Source of the DNA: Promethearchaeota archaeon
GTDB taxonomy: Archaea; Asgardarchaeota; Lokiarchaeia; Sigyniarchaeales; SOKP01
DNA length: 64,000 nt
Direction: 5' to 3'
Assembly: GCA_016840085.1 (NCBI GenBank)
Contig: JAEOTA010000088.1
Span: 64,001-128,000, forward strand
The translations under genes and the position numbers were made by a program. The notes below the pieces were generated by a model. It was not told the DNA's origin and made no database searches. It saw nothing but the letters and a program-made list of their open reading frames with translations. This document shows, in pieces, positions 19,274 through 29,358 of the stretch (positions within the stretch are counted from its first letter, which is position 1; each line of letters opens with the position of its first letter).

Positions 19274-22063
19274 ATGGTTCAATATGATGCGCAAAAAATA
19301 GAAAAAAAATGGCAGCAAAGGTGGGAAAAAGACAAAATTTTTGAAGTAAAGGAGGATCCTAAGAAAAAAAAATATTATGTGTTAGAGATGTATCCATACC
19401 CTTCAGGAAAACTTCATATGGGACACCTTAGAAATTATACAATCGGGGATTGCTATACTAGATTTAAAAGGATGAATGGTTTCAATGTTCTTTATCCAAT
19501 GGGCTACGATTCGTTTGGAATGCCAGCAGAAAATGCAGCAATTGATCATGGGGCTAATCCAGAAGAATGGACAAATAAAAATATAGAAAAAATGAAAAAA
19601 CAGCAAAAAAGGATCGGACTCTCGTATGATTGGACAAGAGAAATTTATAGTCATAATCCTAACTATTATAAATGGGATCAATGGTTTTTTTTAAAGATGT
19701 TAGAAAAGGATTTAGCATATAGACAAGAAAACTATGTCAATTGGTGCCCAAAGTGCGCTACAGTTTTAGCCAACGAGCAATCCCAAGGGGGTAGATGTTG
19801 GAGATGCAATAGTATCGTTGATCAAAAGTTTTTAACACAATGGTTCCTAAAAATAAGAGATTACGCAGAGGAACTACTTGAAGGGTTAAATATCGTTGAT
19901 TGGCCTGAAAAAGTGAAGATAATGCAACGAAATTGGATTGGAAAATCAGAAGGAACAATCATAAAATTCCCTATTGTGGGAGAAGATCGGACTATTGATA
20001 TATTTACAACAAGACCAGACACGCTTTTTGGCGTGACATTTATGGTTTTTGCCCCAGAACATCCTTGGGTTCGTAAATGGGTGGAACAAACTGAATATGA
20101 GAAGAATTTCAAAGAATTATATGATGAAGTAATGCATCAAGATAAATTCACACGGACTGATATTGAAATAGAAAAAAAAGGTATGTTTATTGGAAAATAT
20201 GCTATAAATCCAATAAATAATGAGGAAGTACCCATCTATATTGGTAATTTCGTCATTTATGAATATGGAGCAGGTGCAGTAATGGCGGTTCCAGCACATG
20301 ATCAGAGAGATTTTGAGTTTGCTAAAGAATATGATATTCCCATTAAAATAGTAATCCAACCTCATAATTATGAATTAAATTTAGCTAATATGACGAGAGC
20401 CTTTGAGAGTGAGGGCATTCTTATAAACTCAGAGGAATTTAATGGGATGGGAAATCGTTCTGCTATATCTGCAATAACAGAAAAATTGGAAGAAATTAAT
20501 ATGGGATTTGCTACAATAAATTATAAATTAAGAGATTGGGGTATTTCACGTCAACGTTATTGGGGGTGTCCTATTCCAGTTATTTATTGTGAGGTGTGTG
20601 GTATAGTTCCGGTCCCATACGAAGACTTACCTGTTTTTTTACCTAAAGATGTTTCTTTTACAGGAGCGGGTAATCCATTAGAAACAAGTCTCAGTTTTAT
20701 TAATACTAAATGTCCTAAATGTGGTAAAAATGCGAGAAGGGAGATAGATACTATGGATACGTTTATAGATAGCTCTTGGTACTTTTTCGCTTTTTGTGAT
20801 CCACCTTCTGTTGAATCAGATATTCCCTATAATAAGAATGTTGTAAATTATTGGGGTAATGTCAATCAATATATAGGAGGCATAGAACATGCTGTTATGC
20901 ACTTAATATATGCAAGATTTTTCACTAAGGTTGCTCGAGATCTGGGGCTTCACAAATTTGATGAACCTTTTCAATCTTTACTAACCCAAGGAATGATTAA
21001 TAAAGCTCATCCATATTGCCCTAATTGTAATGCATTCTTTATGAAAGCTGATTTAAAAGAAATGAAATGTAAAATATGTGGGAATATTGACCTTATTCAA
21101 AAATCTGTTAAAATGAGTAAGAGTTATGGAAATACTGTAGACCCTGGTAAGATTATTGGTAAATATGGAGCAGATGCAGCAAGATTTTTTATTTTATTTG
21201 GAGCAAGTCCATCATCAGGATTAGAATGGTCGGATGAGGGTGTTGATTATGCTTATAGATTTATAAAAAATACATTTAGTCTTTTAACTGAATTTCCTAA
21301 TAATGTAAGACAAGAACTAACAATCAGAGATTCGTTAATTAAATACTATTTGAATAAAACAATAAAAGAATTCACAGAAAATATGCAGAAACTAGCAATT
21401 AGAAATGCAGTTAATAATTTAATACAATTTATAACAGAATTTGGCAAATATAAAAACGAAGGTGTGAAAAGAGAAATTTTTGAAGAATGTAGAGAAAATC
21501 TAGTTTTACTACTTCATCCAATAGCACCTCATATGACTGAAGAAATTTGGGAAATTATTGGTAAACAGAAATATGTAAGTCTAACTACCTGGTGTTCTTA
21601 TAACCAAGAACTTTTAACAGAGGAATCTGACTATAAATGGAACTTAATGAACAATATCTTAGATGATATTAAGAATATAAAAACAATAATGAAGAAAGAT
21701 GATTTAGAATCTCTTTCACTGATTGTTACTGATCCTTGGAAAACGAAATTTTATAACTCGTTAATATCAATTTTAGAAGAAACTAAGAATCAAGGAGAAA
21801 TAATAAAAAAATTAATGCAAAATAACGATTTTAGAAAGTATAGTAAACAAATTAGTAAATTTGTTGTCAGAATATTAAAGAATGTTGGGAAATATCCAAA
21901 ATATTGCCTATCTTCAAATGAAGAATTTCAATTTTTTAATGAAATTAGAACTATTATTGAAAAGAAATACAGATGTAATGTTAAAATTATCTTCGAAAAA
22001 GAATCTACTGAACAAAAAGCATCTCAAGCTCTCCCAGGTAAACCCGCTATAGTTATATCGTAA
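19274..22063 (+). CDS. leuS: Leucyl-tRNA synthetase (bacterial-type core, archaeal-type C-terminal domain)
   Basis: YPYPSGKLHMGH (HIGH), FTTRPDT and GAVMAVPAHDQRD editing domain, DWGISRQRYWG, KMSKS, C-terminal ALPGKPAI. Confidence 0.97.
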   Translation: MVQYDAQKIEKKWQQRWEKDKIFEVKEDPKKKKYYVLEMYPYPSGKLHMGHLRNYTIGDCYTRFKRMNGFNVLYPMGYDSFGMPAENAAIDHGANPEEWTNKNIEKMKKQQKRIGLSYDWTREIYSHNPNYYKWDQWFFLKMLEKDLAYRQENYVNWCPKCATVLANEQSQGGRCWRCNSIVDQKFLTQWFLKIRDYAEELLEGLNIVDWPEKVKIMQRNWIGKSEGTIIKFPIVGEDRTIDIFTTRPDTLFGVTFMVFAPEHPWVRKWVEQTEYEKNFKELYDEVMHQDKFTRTDIEIEKKGMFIGKYAINPINNEEVPIYIGNFVIYEYGAGAVMAVPAHDQRDFEFAKEYDIPIKIVIQPHNYELNLANMTRAFESEGILINSEEFNGMGNRSAISAITEKLEEINMGFATINYKLRDWGISRQRYWGCPIPVIYCEVCGIVPVPYEDLPVFLPKDVSFTGAGNPLETSLSFINTKCPKCGKNARREIDTMDTFIDSSWYFFAFCDPPSVESDIPYNKNVVNYWGNVNQYIGGIEHAVMHLIYARFFTKVARDLGLHKFDEPFQSLLTQGMINKAHPYCPNCNAFFMKADLKEMKCKICGNIDLIQKSVKMSKSYGNTVDPGKIIGKYGADAARFFILFGASPSSGLEWSDEGVDYAYRFIKNTFSLLTEFPNNVRQELTIRDSLIKYYLNKTIKEFTENMQKLAIRNAVNNLIQFITEFGKYKNEGVKREIFEECRENLVLLLHPIAPHMTEEIWEIIGKQKYVSLTTWCSYNQELLTEESDYKWNLMNNILDDIKNIKTIMKKDDLESLSLIVTDPWKTKFYNSLISILEETKNQGEIIKKLMQNNDFRKYSKQISKFVVRILKNVGKYPKYCLSSNEEFQFFNEIRTIIEKKYRCNVKIIFEKESTEQKASQALPGKPAIVIS

Positions 22064-22226
22064 TATATTTATAAATATACGTAATTTTTCTTTGTAATTT
22101 AATAACTTTTAATAGAAATTTATTAACTTAAGATTAAATAAATTATTTTTATACTGAAAATATTAAATCTAATAAAAAAATGGCTTTAATTAAATTCTTA
22201 GAAAAGAATCAAGGAATTTATTAAAA

Positions 22227-23096
22227 ATGACTATATATGAACTTAGTATCATCTCAACTACAGGTTTTCCATATTACAACAAAAATATTAAACCGATACC
22301 TGAAGGTGTAAAAATTTTTCTAAGATTTTTTGATTTTTCTAAAGACAAGTCTACAGTTCATGAACAATTAGATTCAAATTCAAAATTTGATCTTACTGCA
22401 GGTTTAATTTCTGCTTTATATGAATTTGCTTGCAATATAGATAAAAGAATACATGTTTTAGAATTTAAACCTACAAAGACATTTAAAGCTTCAAAAAAAG
22501 TTAAAGAGAAAGCAAAATATCAAGGAGATGTATTGATTACAACACAAACAGAATCTTTTTTGCTCCATAAATCAGTTCAAGAAAAAATAAAGCTTATATA
22601 TAATTATTTTATAAATTCTAAAATTCCTCTTGATTCTTCAGAAGAAATTCAAGAAAATGAACAAAATAAAATAATTGAAATTTTAACTGATTCAAAAGCA
22701 AGAAGTATGATAAAAGATCATCAAAATGAATTAAAACGCTTAGCAAATGATTTTCTGAGTGAGATGAAAGATTATGGTTTACGGGGAATTTGCATAACTT
22801 CATTTGACCTTTCACCCATAATTACGTTTGGAAAAAAATATTCCTTGAAGCATATTAATGAGATTTTAAGACATATTGGATATATTCCAGAAATAACACC
22901 TTTAGATTGGATTTATAGATCATCATTTTTTTCTGAAGAACAAATTCAGGTATGCATTATAAAATCAGGAGTCGGACCCACTGTTAAGGAAATTTTATTC
23001 GAGCCATATTTTTACTTACTTTTTGCCGATCCCCAAAGCATCTTTGGAGAATTCCCGGGAAAAATAACAACTTCATTTAATAATATTCTTGATTGA
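22227..23096 (+). CDS. Hypothetical protein, possible longin-like plus roadblock/profilin-like alpha/beta domains
   Basis: N-terminal IYELSIISTTGFPYY...LTAGLISALYEFA resembles a longin beta1-beta2-alpha1 pattern; second half GLRGICITSFDLSPI. Confidence 0.5.
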   Translation: MTIYELSIISTTGFPYYNKNIKPIPEGVKIFLRFFDFSKDKSTVHEQLDSNSKFDLTAGLISALYEFACNIDKRIHVLEFKPTKTFKASKKVKEKAKYQGDVLITTQTESFLLHKSVQEKIKLIYNYFINSKIPLDSSEEIQENEQNKIIEILTDSKARSMIKDHQNELKRLANDFLSEMKDYGLRGICITSFDLSPIITFGKKYSLKHINEILRHIGYIPEITPLDWIYRSSFFSEEQIQVCIIKSGVGPTVKEILFEPYFYLLFADPQSIFGEFPGKITTSFNNILD

Positions 23097-23145
23097 AAAA
23101 ATAAAATCAAATAAATCTTTAAATATTAATTACTCCTCATTTTAG

Positions 23146-23913
23146 TTAATCACTCTTAAATGCAGCCTTTATTATTTGAAAAAAAGAATTTGCATCAAGT
23201 GATGCCCCTCCAACTAAGCCACCATCAATATTTTCTTTTTTAAATAAATCTTTTGCATTTGTTGGTTTGATTGACCCCCCATATTGAATTCTGATTAAAT
23301 TGGCTGTCTCTTTATCATATTTTTGGGATAAAAATTCTCTAATGAAAATGTGAACTTCTTCTGCTTGTTCTGGAGTTGCTGTTTTACCCGTACCTATTGC
23401 CCAAATTGGCTCATATGCGATAACGACCTTTAATATTTGTTCTCTCGTCAAATCTTTAAAAGTTTCATTCATTTGAAATTTAATTATTTGCTGTGTATCA
23501 CCAGCTTCTCTTTCTTCTAAATGTTCTCCAATGCACACAATGGGATTTAAATCCATATATAATGCCTTTTTTAACTTTTTATTAGTTAATCCATCTGATT
23601 CATTAAATATATTTCTTCTTTCACTATGACCAAGAATCACATATTCAACACCTATAGTTTTTAAAAAATTTGGTGAAATTTCACCAGTAAACGCACCCTT
23701 CTCTTCAAAATACATGTTTTGAGCACCTAATTTGATATATGTATTTTTTAACATCTCGTATGCACTAGTTAAAGCAGTAAAAGGTGTAGCAATTACTATA
23801 TCGACAGCATTAATTCCTTTTACCAAAGGTATTAACTTTTTTAACATATTTCTGCATTCTTCTGGAGTTCCCCTATTCATTTTCCAATTTCCACCAATTA
23901 TTGGTTTCCTCAA
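23146..23913 (-). CDS. tpiA: Triosephosphate isomerase (bacterial/eukaryotic-type length)
   Basis: GGNWKMN, LGHSERR, AYEPIWAIGTG, YGGS, DGGLVGGASL. Confidence 0.97.
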   Translation of the reverse strand: MRKPIIGGNWKMNRGTPEECRNMLKKLIPLVKGINAVDIVIATPFTALTSAYEMLKNTYIKLGAQNMYFEEKGAFTGEISPNFLKTIGVEYVILGHSERRNIFNESDGLTNKKLKKALYMDLNPIVCIGEHLEEREAGDTQQIIKFQMNETFKDLTREQILKVVIAYEPIWAIGTGKTATPEQAEEVHIFIREFLSQKYDKETANLIRIQYGGSIKPTNAKDLFKKENIDGGLVGGASLDANSFFQIIKAAFKSD

Positions 23914-24043
23914 CTTTTCTTACCTCTTAATATGATTTAATCTTTTTATAATATAATTTCGCTATAATAGTTGTAAAGTTTAAATTCTATAAAATTCTAC
24001 CTAAAATTTCTAGAAATAACAAACCAATGAGAGAAAATAAAAA

Positions 24044-24547
24044 TTATTCTTGTTTAGGCAGTTTTTCGGACAATTTAGTTGCTTTTAGAATCTTCTTTAC
24101 ATCATCTACATCAGGAGTCATTATTTCTGGTAAACTCAACTGTGTACGTCTCCTTTTTATGGCAGGTTGCATTGGTATTGCTTTACCATGTTCTAAAATA
24201 GTAGTAGCTTGGCCAGTATAATATGTTGGAGCTTCTCCCCTTTCCACACTCATATTCTTTAAGATAATAAAGATTTCCGTTAATTCAACTTTTTGGGGAC
24301 AAACTTCATCGCATGTATCGCACATTGTACAACCCCAAATATTGAAACTATTTTCAGCACCAAATATTTTTTCTTTAAGTCCTAATAGAGCATCTAGAAT
24401 CAAACGCCTTGGGTTATACCTACCTTCTGTAACTTGTGCGACTGGACACGCACCACTACAAGTAGCACATTGATAACAATATGCTAATGTAGTGCCAATT
24501 TCATTACCAAGAATTTGGTTTCTAAAATCAAAATCTATAGTTGCCAT
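24044..24547 (-). CDS. hdrC: Heterodisulfide reductase subunit C-like 2[4Fe-4S] protein
   Basis: CYQCATCSGACP, YNPRR, IWGCTMCDTCDEVCPQ. Confidence 0.85.
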   Translation of the reverse strand: MATIDFDFRNQILGNEIGTTLAYCYQCATCSGACPVAQVTEGRYNPRRLILDALLGLKEKIFGAENSFNIWGCTMCDTCDEVCPQKVELTEIFIILKNMSVERGEAPTYYTGQATTILEHGKAIPMQPAIKRRRTQLSLPEIMTPDVDDVKKILKATKLSEKLPKQE

Positions 24548-24788
24548 TTGAATTGATCAGTTTATCTTAATATTATGTAATATAACTTATAGTCGGTTTT
24601 AAAATTAATTCTTTTAAAATTTAGTTTTTTAACCAGAAAAATATCTATTAGTTTTTTATGTTTTGACAATCATTATTTAAGTCTTCTTTTTAAATTGTAA
24701 TTGAAATTAATATAAGTAATTAAATATTTAATCTTATAACTATATAACAAAATTATTTTAATGGCAAATATTATTAAATTGAGATAGA

Positions 24789-25145
24789 ATGACAAATATC
24801 GAAGAATTAAAAGAGTATGGTCTTGAAATCACAGAAGATATGAAAAAAGGAAAGGTTATCATCGATATTTATACAAATTGGTGTGGACCCTGCCAATTTT
24901 TAAGCCCTCTCTTAGAAAAATTGGAACGTGAAGGATTGATTAAATTGTTGAAAGAGGACCTAGATCAAAATAGACCCCTTGGTGAAAGATTTGGAATTAC
25001 AGCCATTCCAACTACTCTACTTTTCAATAATGGTGAACTCTTAAATCATCCTATAGAAGTTCAGGGACAAATACTAGTAAAAAACGGACTAATGGTTGGA
25101 GCAGCAGGAGAACAAATAATTCGTGAAATCATTGAAAAAATGTAA
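24789..25145 (+). CDS. trxA: Thioredoxin
   Basis: WCGPC, FGITAIPT. Confidence 0.9.
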   Translation: MTNIEELKEYGLEITEDMKKGKVIIDIYTNWCGPCQFLSPLLEKLEREGLIKLLKEDLDQNRPLGERFGITAIPTTLLFNNGELLNHPIEVQGQILVKNGLMVGAAGEQIIREIIEKM

Positions 25146-25388
25146 TTGGATTAAAATTAAATTGTTTTCACAGGAAATTTTCATTTTTCCTTTTTTATAT
25201 AAACATTTACTAAAACAGAATTAGTATTCGAATAATATAGATTAAAAATTTCAATGATCGAGTAAGATAATATGTTTTCTTAATAATCAATTACTATGTG
25301 TTAATAAGAATTCATACAAATAATCTATTATTCAAATTATAAATTTTTTATTTAATGAAAGTTTTTCAATATTTAATTTGATAAAAGA

Positions 25389-25916
25389 TTGGAAAATAGC
25401 AATATGAATTATTCAAGAAAAGAATTAATACAAACAGACGCAACTATGAATCAAATGAGAAATGCAATTTATGGCTTAGCTCGTTTTATGGAGAAAAACG
25501 GAGTCACTGATTTGAAGAATAAATTGAGGAAGATGGGACAAAATATAGCTAGAACTTATATTCAATACTGGAGACCAACAAATTTAATTAATACTTCTAA
25601 TTTAAAAGATGTTATTACAACAATTTATCAAAAAATATTGAATAGTAGTGTGTCAATTGAAATAAATCAAGTAGAAAGTTTAATAAAAGTTCAAGATTAT
25701 AAATGTGCTTTGTGCAAATATCATTATGATGATATAGAGATAGCAGGTTGTGAAATAATATTAGGTATGGTTTCTGAAATCATTTCTCTTATAAGTCAAG
25801 AATCTCATGATCCTTCTTCTATATTTTTAGAGCCCTATGATGTAACAGAATCTCGAGCATATGGAAATAAAACATGTATTCAATTATATAAATATAAAAT
25901 AGGAGAGAAAGGTTAG
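25389..25916 (+). CDS. V4R / Bet3(TRAPP)-like domain protein
   Basis: LRKMGQNIA helix; CALC...GCEIILGMV...ESRAYGNKTC V4R-type ligand pattern. Confidence 0.65.
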   Translation: MENSNMNYSRKELIQTDATMNQMRNAIYGLARFMEKNGVTDLKNKLRKMGQNIARTYIQYWRPTNLINTSNLKDVITTIYQKILNSSVSIEINQVESLIKVQDYKCALCKYHYDDIEIAGCEIILGMVSEIISLISQESHDPSSIFLEPYDVTESRAYGNKTCIQLYKYKIGEKG

Positions 25917-25918
25917 AA

Positions 25919-27391
25919 ATGGGGGCTTTTCAGTGGTTAATGAAAAAGATAACGAAAGTATTTGGTCGTTCTACAAATGCTCTATTTTATACCTTACTTT
26001 ATAGAGAAATTCTTAAGGAAATTAATGAGGTCACTAAGAAAGAAGAAGACAGCCTTATAATTCTTAGAGAACTTGGAAAGAGAGCAGCTATTGAGTCTTG
26101 TGAGCGACATTCAAGTATTTTTAAATTTATGCCAGGATCTCCTAAAAAAGTTTTAGATTATTTCGAGATTCTTTGGGTTGTCGTGTTTGGAAGAGATTTA
26201 GATGATTATTCATATGAAGAAATTCCTAAAGTAGACTCAAAATATAATGATTATGTTTTAAAAATCAGTAAATGTCCTATCTGCGCGGGCTATGGGAAAG
26301 ATATTGAAGATTCATTTGATTTTAATAAATTGAAAAGTAAAGAAACAGAAGGGCTAGCTTGTGGACTTTGCGGAATGTTAGAAAGTGTTGCTAATTTTAT
26401 CTTAAAAATAAAAAGGAATAATTATAGAATTCAAATAGTTGAGCAAGAATGTATAGCTAAAGGAGGAAATTCCTTACAATTTATCTGCAAAATACATGAT
26501 ATAAATGAATGGAAACAACTTATGGCTTCAAGAGTTGAAGAAAAGGCTATATTAAGTGTGCATTTTGAAGAAGATTTAGAAGAAGAGGAGATTATTCAAG
26601 AAACAAAGATTGATGTTATAGATAAAATCCAAGATGTTATCTCAATCGATAAACTAGAGGAATATCTTGATGAACCATTAGAAAGTATAAAAAATAGAGT
26701 TTCTGATATTATTAGAGATAAATTAAATATGGAGCCTAAAAATTTCTTCGACTACTTCCGTAATTATGAGGATGATATGATAAAAATAATTGGATATTTA
26801 GGCACACATCTTTTAAATGAATATGGAGGATTATTGGAGAAATCTCTTAAAAATGAGTGGTTTGCAAAAGTTTTAGGATATATTTTTAAACAACTTAAAG
26901 AAATGACGCTATTATTTATTCCATTAGACGTTATACGTGATTATAATGAATTATTGGTCAGTTTTCTTGATGATTTAGCTCCCTCAGAAATGGTTGATAA
27001 TGTAAAACAATTTACAAGCAAAGATACAATTAATTATCTCTTTGAGGGTGCTCAAATGGCTCTTGAAAATTTAGGGATTGATTTTTCCGAACTTAAGGAT
27101 AATGTATGGGAGGAATTAAAAGCGGAACGTGAGAACGGCTTAATTTCTTCAGAAACATCAACAATTGAAAGGACACGTGACAGAGTACCACAAATAATCA
27201 ATATAATGCAACAAATTTTAATGATAATGAATGATATCCTCACTTTGCCAATTAGAGTCTTAATATCAGAAAGCCATTACGGATTAAAAACAGCAATTAA
27301 TTCTGTGGTCTCGGAAGAAGAAGGGTTATATGGCTCAATACGTGGGAAACTTGATAACATATTTGACCAGATTCAAGAAATAAGAAAATAA
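25919..27391 (+). CDS. V4R / Bet3-like domain protein with long acidic helical C-terminus
   Basis: LRELGKRAA, CPIC, CGLCGMLE, EQECIAKGG; last 111 codons are duplicated at 31958..32293. Confidence 0.7.
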   Translation: MGAFQWLMKKITKVFGRSTNALFYTLLYREILKEINEVTKKEEDSLIILRELGKRAAIESCERHSSIFKFMPGSPKKVLDYFEILWVVVFGRDLDDYSYEEIPKVDSKYNDYVLKISKCPICAGYGKDIEDSFDFNKLKSKETEGLACGLCGMLESVANFILKIKRNNYRIQIVEQECIAKGGNSLQFICKIHDINEWKQLMASRVEEKAILSVHFEEDLEEEEIIQETKIDVIDKIQDVISIDKLEEYLDEPLESIKNRVSDIIRDKLNMEPKNFFDYFRNYEDDMIKIIGYLGTHLLNEYGGLLEKSLKNEWFAKVLGYIFKQLKEMTLLFIPLDVIRDYNELLVSFLDDLAPSEMVDNVKQFTSKDTINYLFEGAQMALENLGIDFSELKDNVWEELKAERENGLISSETSTIERTRDRVPQIINIMQQILMIMNDILTLPIRVLISESHYGLKTAINSVVSEEEGLYGSIRGKLDNIFDQIQEIRK

Positions 27392-27392
27392 T
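27055..27392 (+). repeat. Left copy of imperfect ~338-bp direct repeat (3' end of the V4R gene)
   Basis: AATGGCTCTTGAAAA...GAAATAAGAAAATAAT; colinear and gap-free with 31957..32294. Confidence 0.93.
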
Positions 27393-27432
27393 GCGTAGAG
27401 ATTCAAATAAAACTCTTTCTTACGTTAATAAT

Positions 27433-28902
27433 TCAATCTTCATCTGGACCCCAGGCTTCTTCTATTTCTTCTGGCGTCATACCATTAAACCAAGTCATAA
27501 AATCTCGTTTAAAATTAGAAGGATAATAAGGCTTTTTGAAAATAAAAGTATATATATTTTTAAGTCTCATACCTTTTTTCCTCATCTTTATAGTTATATC
27601 TCTTCGATGTTTAAATAAGATCTCATTTCTTCCACCAAAATTATGTTTATACACGCTTACTATTGTATTAAAAGGTAATCCACTAATCTTTGCAATTTCA
27701 TAATTTGGAACTTCCTTGGTTACCCATTCCTCCCATTGGGATTTAGATATCCCACAGTATTTCTCTTCAAGATTTTCAAGTATATTTCTTATTTTATTAA
27801 TATCTAATATCTTTAATTTGAGCCAAAATTTAAAATCTAAATTCTCTTCTTTTTTCCACCATTTAAAAAGCCACCCCTCCTTAGAATGAGGAGATGAAAA
27901 AGTATTATAAATTTTTTTATATGAAAATCCTTCATAAACTAATGCTTCAACTACTGGTTTTAAAAATAATTTTTGAGCCTTTACCCAATCTTTAAATTCC
28001 TCAATGATTCTTCTACGTAATGTGTTCTCTGCAATATTCTCATTCATAAAATCATTCTTATATAATTTATTTAAAATTTTCCAAATTTTCTTCTGAGTAT
28101 ATCCTAATGCAATCATGCCAACTATGTCATAAAATGGAAGAGGGATATAGGGGAGTCCCCCTTGACCTCCTCCAAGCTCATTAAGTTCTAAGGTGGTATC
28201 ATATTTGTGTATGAGTTTAATCTCTTGCTTTATTGCTGTCTCTAATTTTTTATGACATACCAAATCTACTACATCAAAATAATTTTCTTCAATTTTATAT
28301 GATAATTTTTCCAACATTCTACTCTGGGAATATACATCCTCAATTTGGAGAAAATCATAAATTTCATTAATTATATAACCCATATCTTCTAGTGCCAAAA
28401 TAATTGACCTGTTAAGTTTTGTTGGTATTTCACGTCGATATCCCCTTTGATAATCAATAAATTGTTCAATAGCTTCTTGAATATGAGTCTTAAATCTAAT
28501 TTTTTCAGTTGAGTGTGTATAACCAAAATATTTCTTCTTTTTGAACCAATTATTAGGAAAACTATTTTTACACTTAATCAAATATACCATAGCTTCATAA
28601 TTTCTGTATCTTTTTACGAATCCATAAAATTTATCCTTAACAGTTATATAATCTTTACCTTCATAAATATCAACTAACTCTTGTTGAATAGTTAATCGTT
28701 TTTGCACTGCTCTGTATAAAGGAAGTTTACCCGATCTAATACAATATTCTAACACTATATCAGCATATTCTAATATCTTTAAATAAATGGTTTCATCCTT
28801 ACTTTCCTTTAAAATCTTATCTCGCATATAATTATAACCATTTAAACTCACATCATGTCTAGTTATTAGAATTCCATTTTTTTCTTTTGGTTTTTGAACC
28901 AC
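27433..28902 (-). CDS. GIY-YIG-like endonuclease with C-terminal HTH-like repeats
   Basis: MVYLIKC...KYFGYT...RFKTH, then EIKLIHKYDT...LNELGGG; repeated helical units (MIALGYTQKKIW, LVYEGFSYKKIY, MRKKGMRLKNIY). Confidence 0.65.
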   Translation of the reverse strand: MVQKPKEKNGILITRHDVSLNGYNYMRDKILKESKDETIYLKILEYADIVLEYCIRSGKLPLYRAVQKRLTIQQELVDIYEGKDYITVKDKFYGFVKRYRNYEAMVYLIKCKNSFPNNWFKKKKYFGYTHSTEKIRFKTHIQEAIEQFIDYQRGYRREIPTKLNRSIILALEDMGYIINEIYDFLQIEDVYSQSRMLEKLSYKIEENYFDVVDLVCHKKLETAIKQEIKLIHKYDTTLELNELGGGQGGLPYIPLPFYDIVGMIALGYTQKKIWKILNKLYKNDFMNENIAENTLRRRIIEEFKDWVKAQKLFLKPVVEALVYEGFSYKKIYNTFSSPHSKEGWLFKWWKKEENLDFKFWLKLKILDINKIRNILENLEEKYCGISKSQWEEWVTKEVPNYEIAKISGLPFNTIVSVYKHNFGGRNEILFKHRRDITIKMRKKGMRLKNIYTFIFKKPYYPSNFKRDFMTWFNGMTPEEIEEAWGPDED

Positions 28903-29358
28903 TAAAACACCGTTTTTATTTTGATTTTTATAATAAAAGGCTTTTTCTGACTATGATTCAAGAAATGACAATCACAAAGAGACCCTATCCTTACTTTTAT
29001 AATAGAATTTCTATCTATCTTTTTTAACCACATTATTAATTTTTTTATTATGAATGATGATTATTTTTACTTGCAAAATAAAAGTCCTTTTTAATAATTT
29101 ATTTAATATAATGATAAATTTCACATATTTAAATCTAGTCAATTTACATCAATTATTCCATCCAACCGATTTTGTCTTTATAAATAACTTAAAAATTTCT
29201 TAAGGAATTTTTCCTTTATAAATATTTCGTAAAATCTATAAATATACATACCTCATAAATACCTTATACGAGTATAAAGTATCAATCTAAAATAGCTTTT
29301 AGTAATATAAGATTTTTATTCCAAGATTAAAAATAATACTTTCTCGTACACGTTAATT

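Noticed and set aside
27391-27618. 75-aa ORF overlapping the V4R stop codon (TAATG)
   Set aside because: Mostly antisense to the GIY-YIG gene; no recognisable features
28903-29358. Searched the island spacer for an integrase remnant or small RNA
   Set aside because: No R-H-R-Y or serine recombinase fragment and no convincing structure visible by eye
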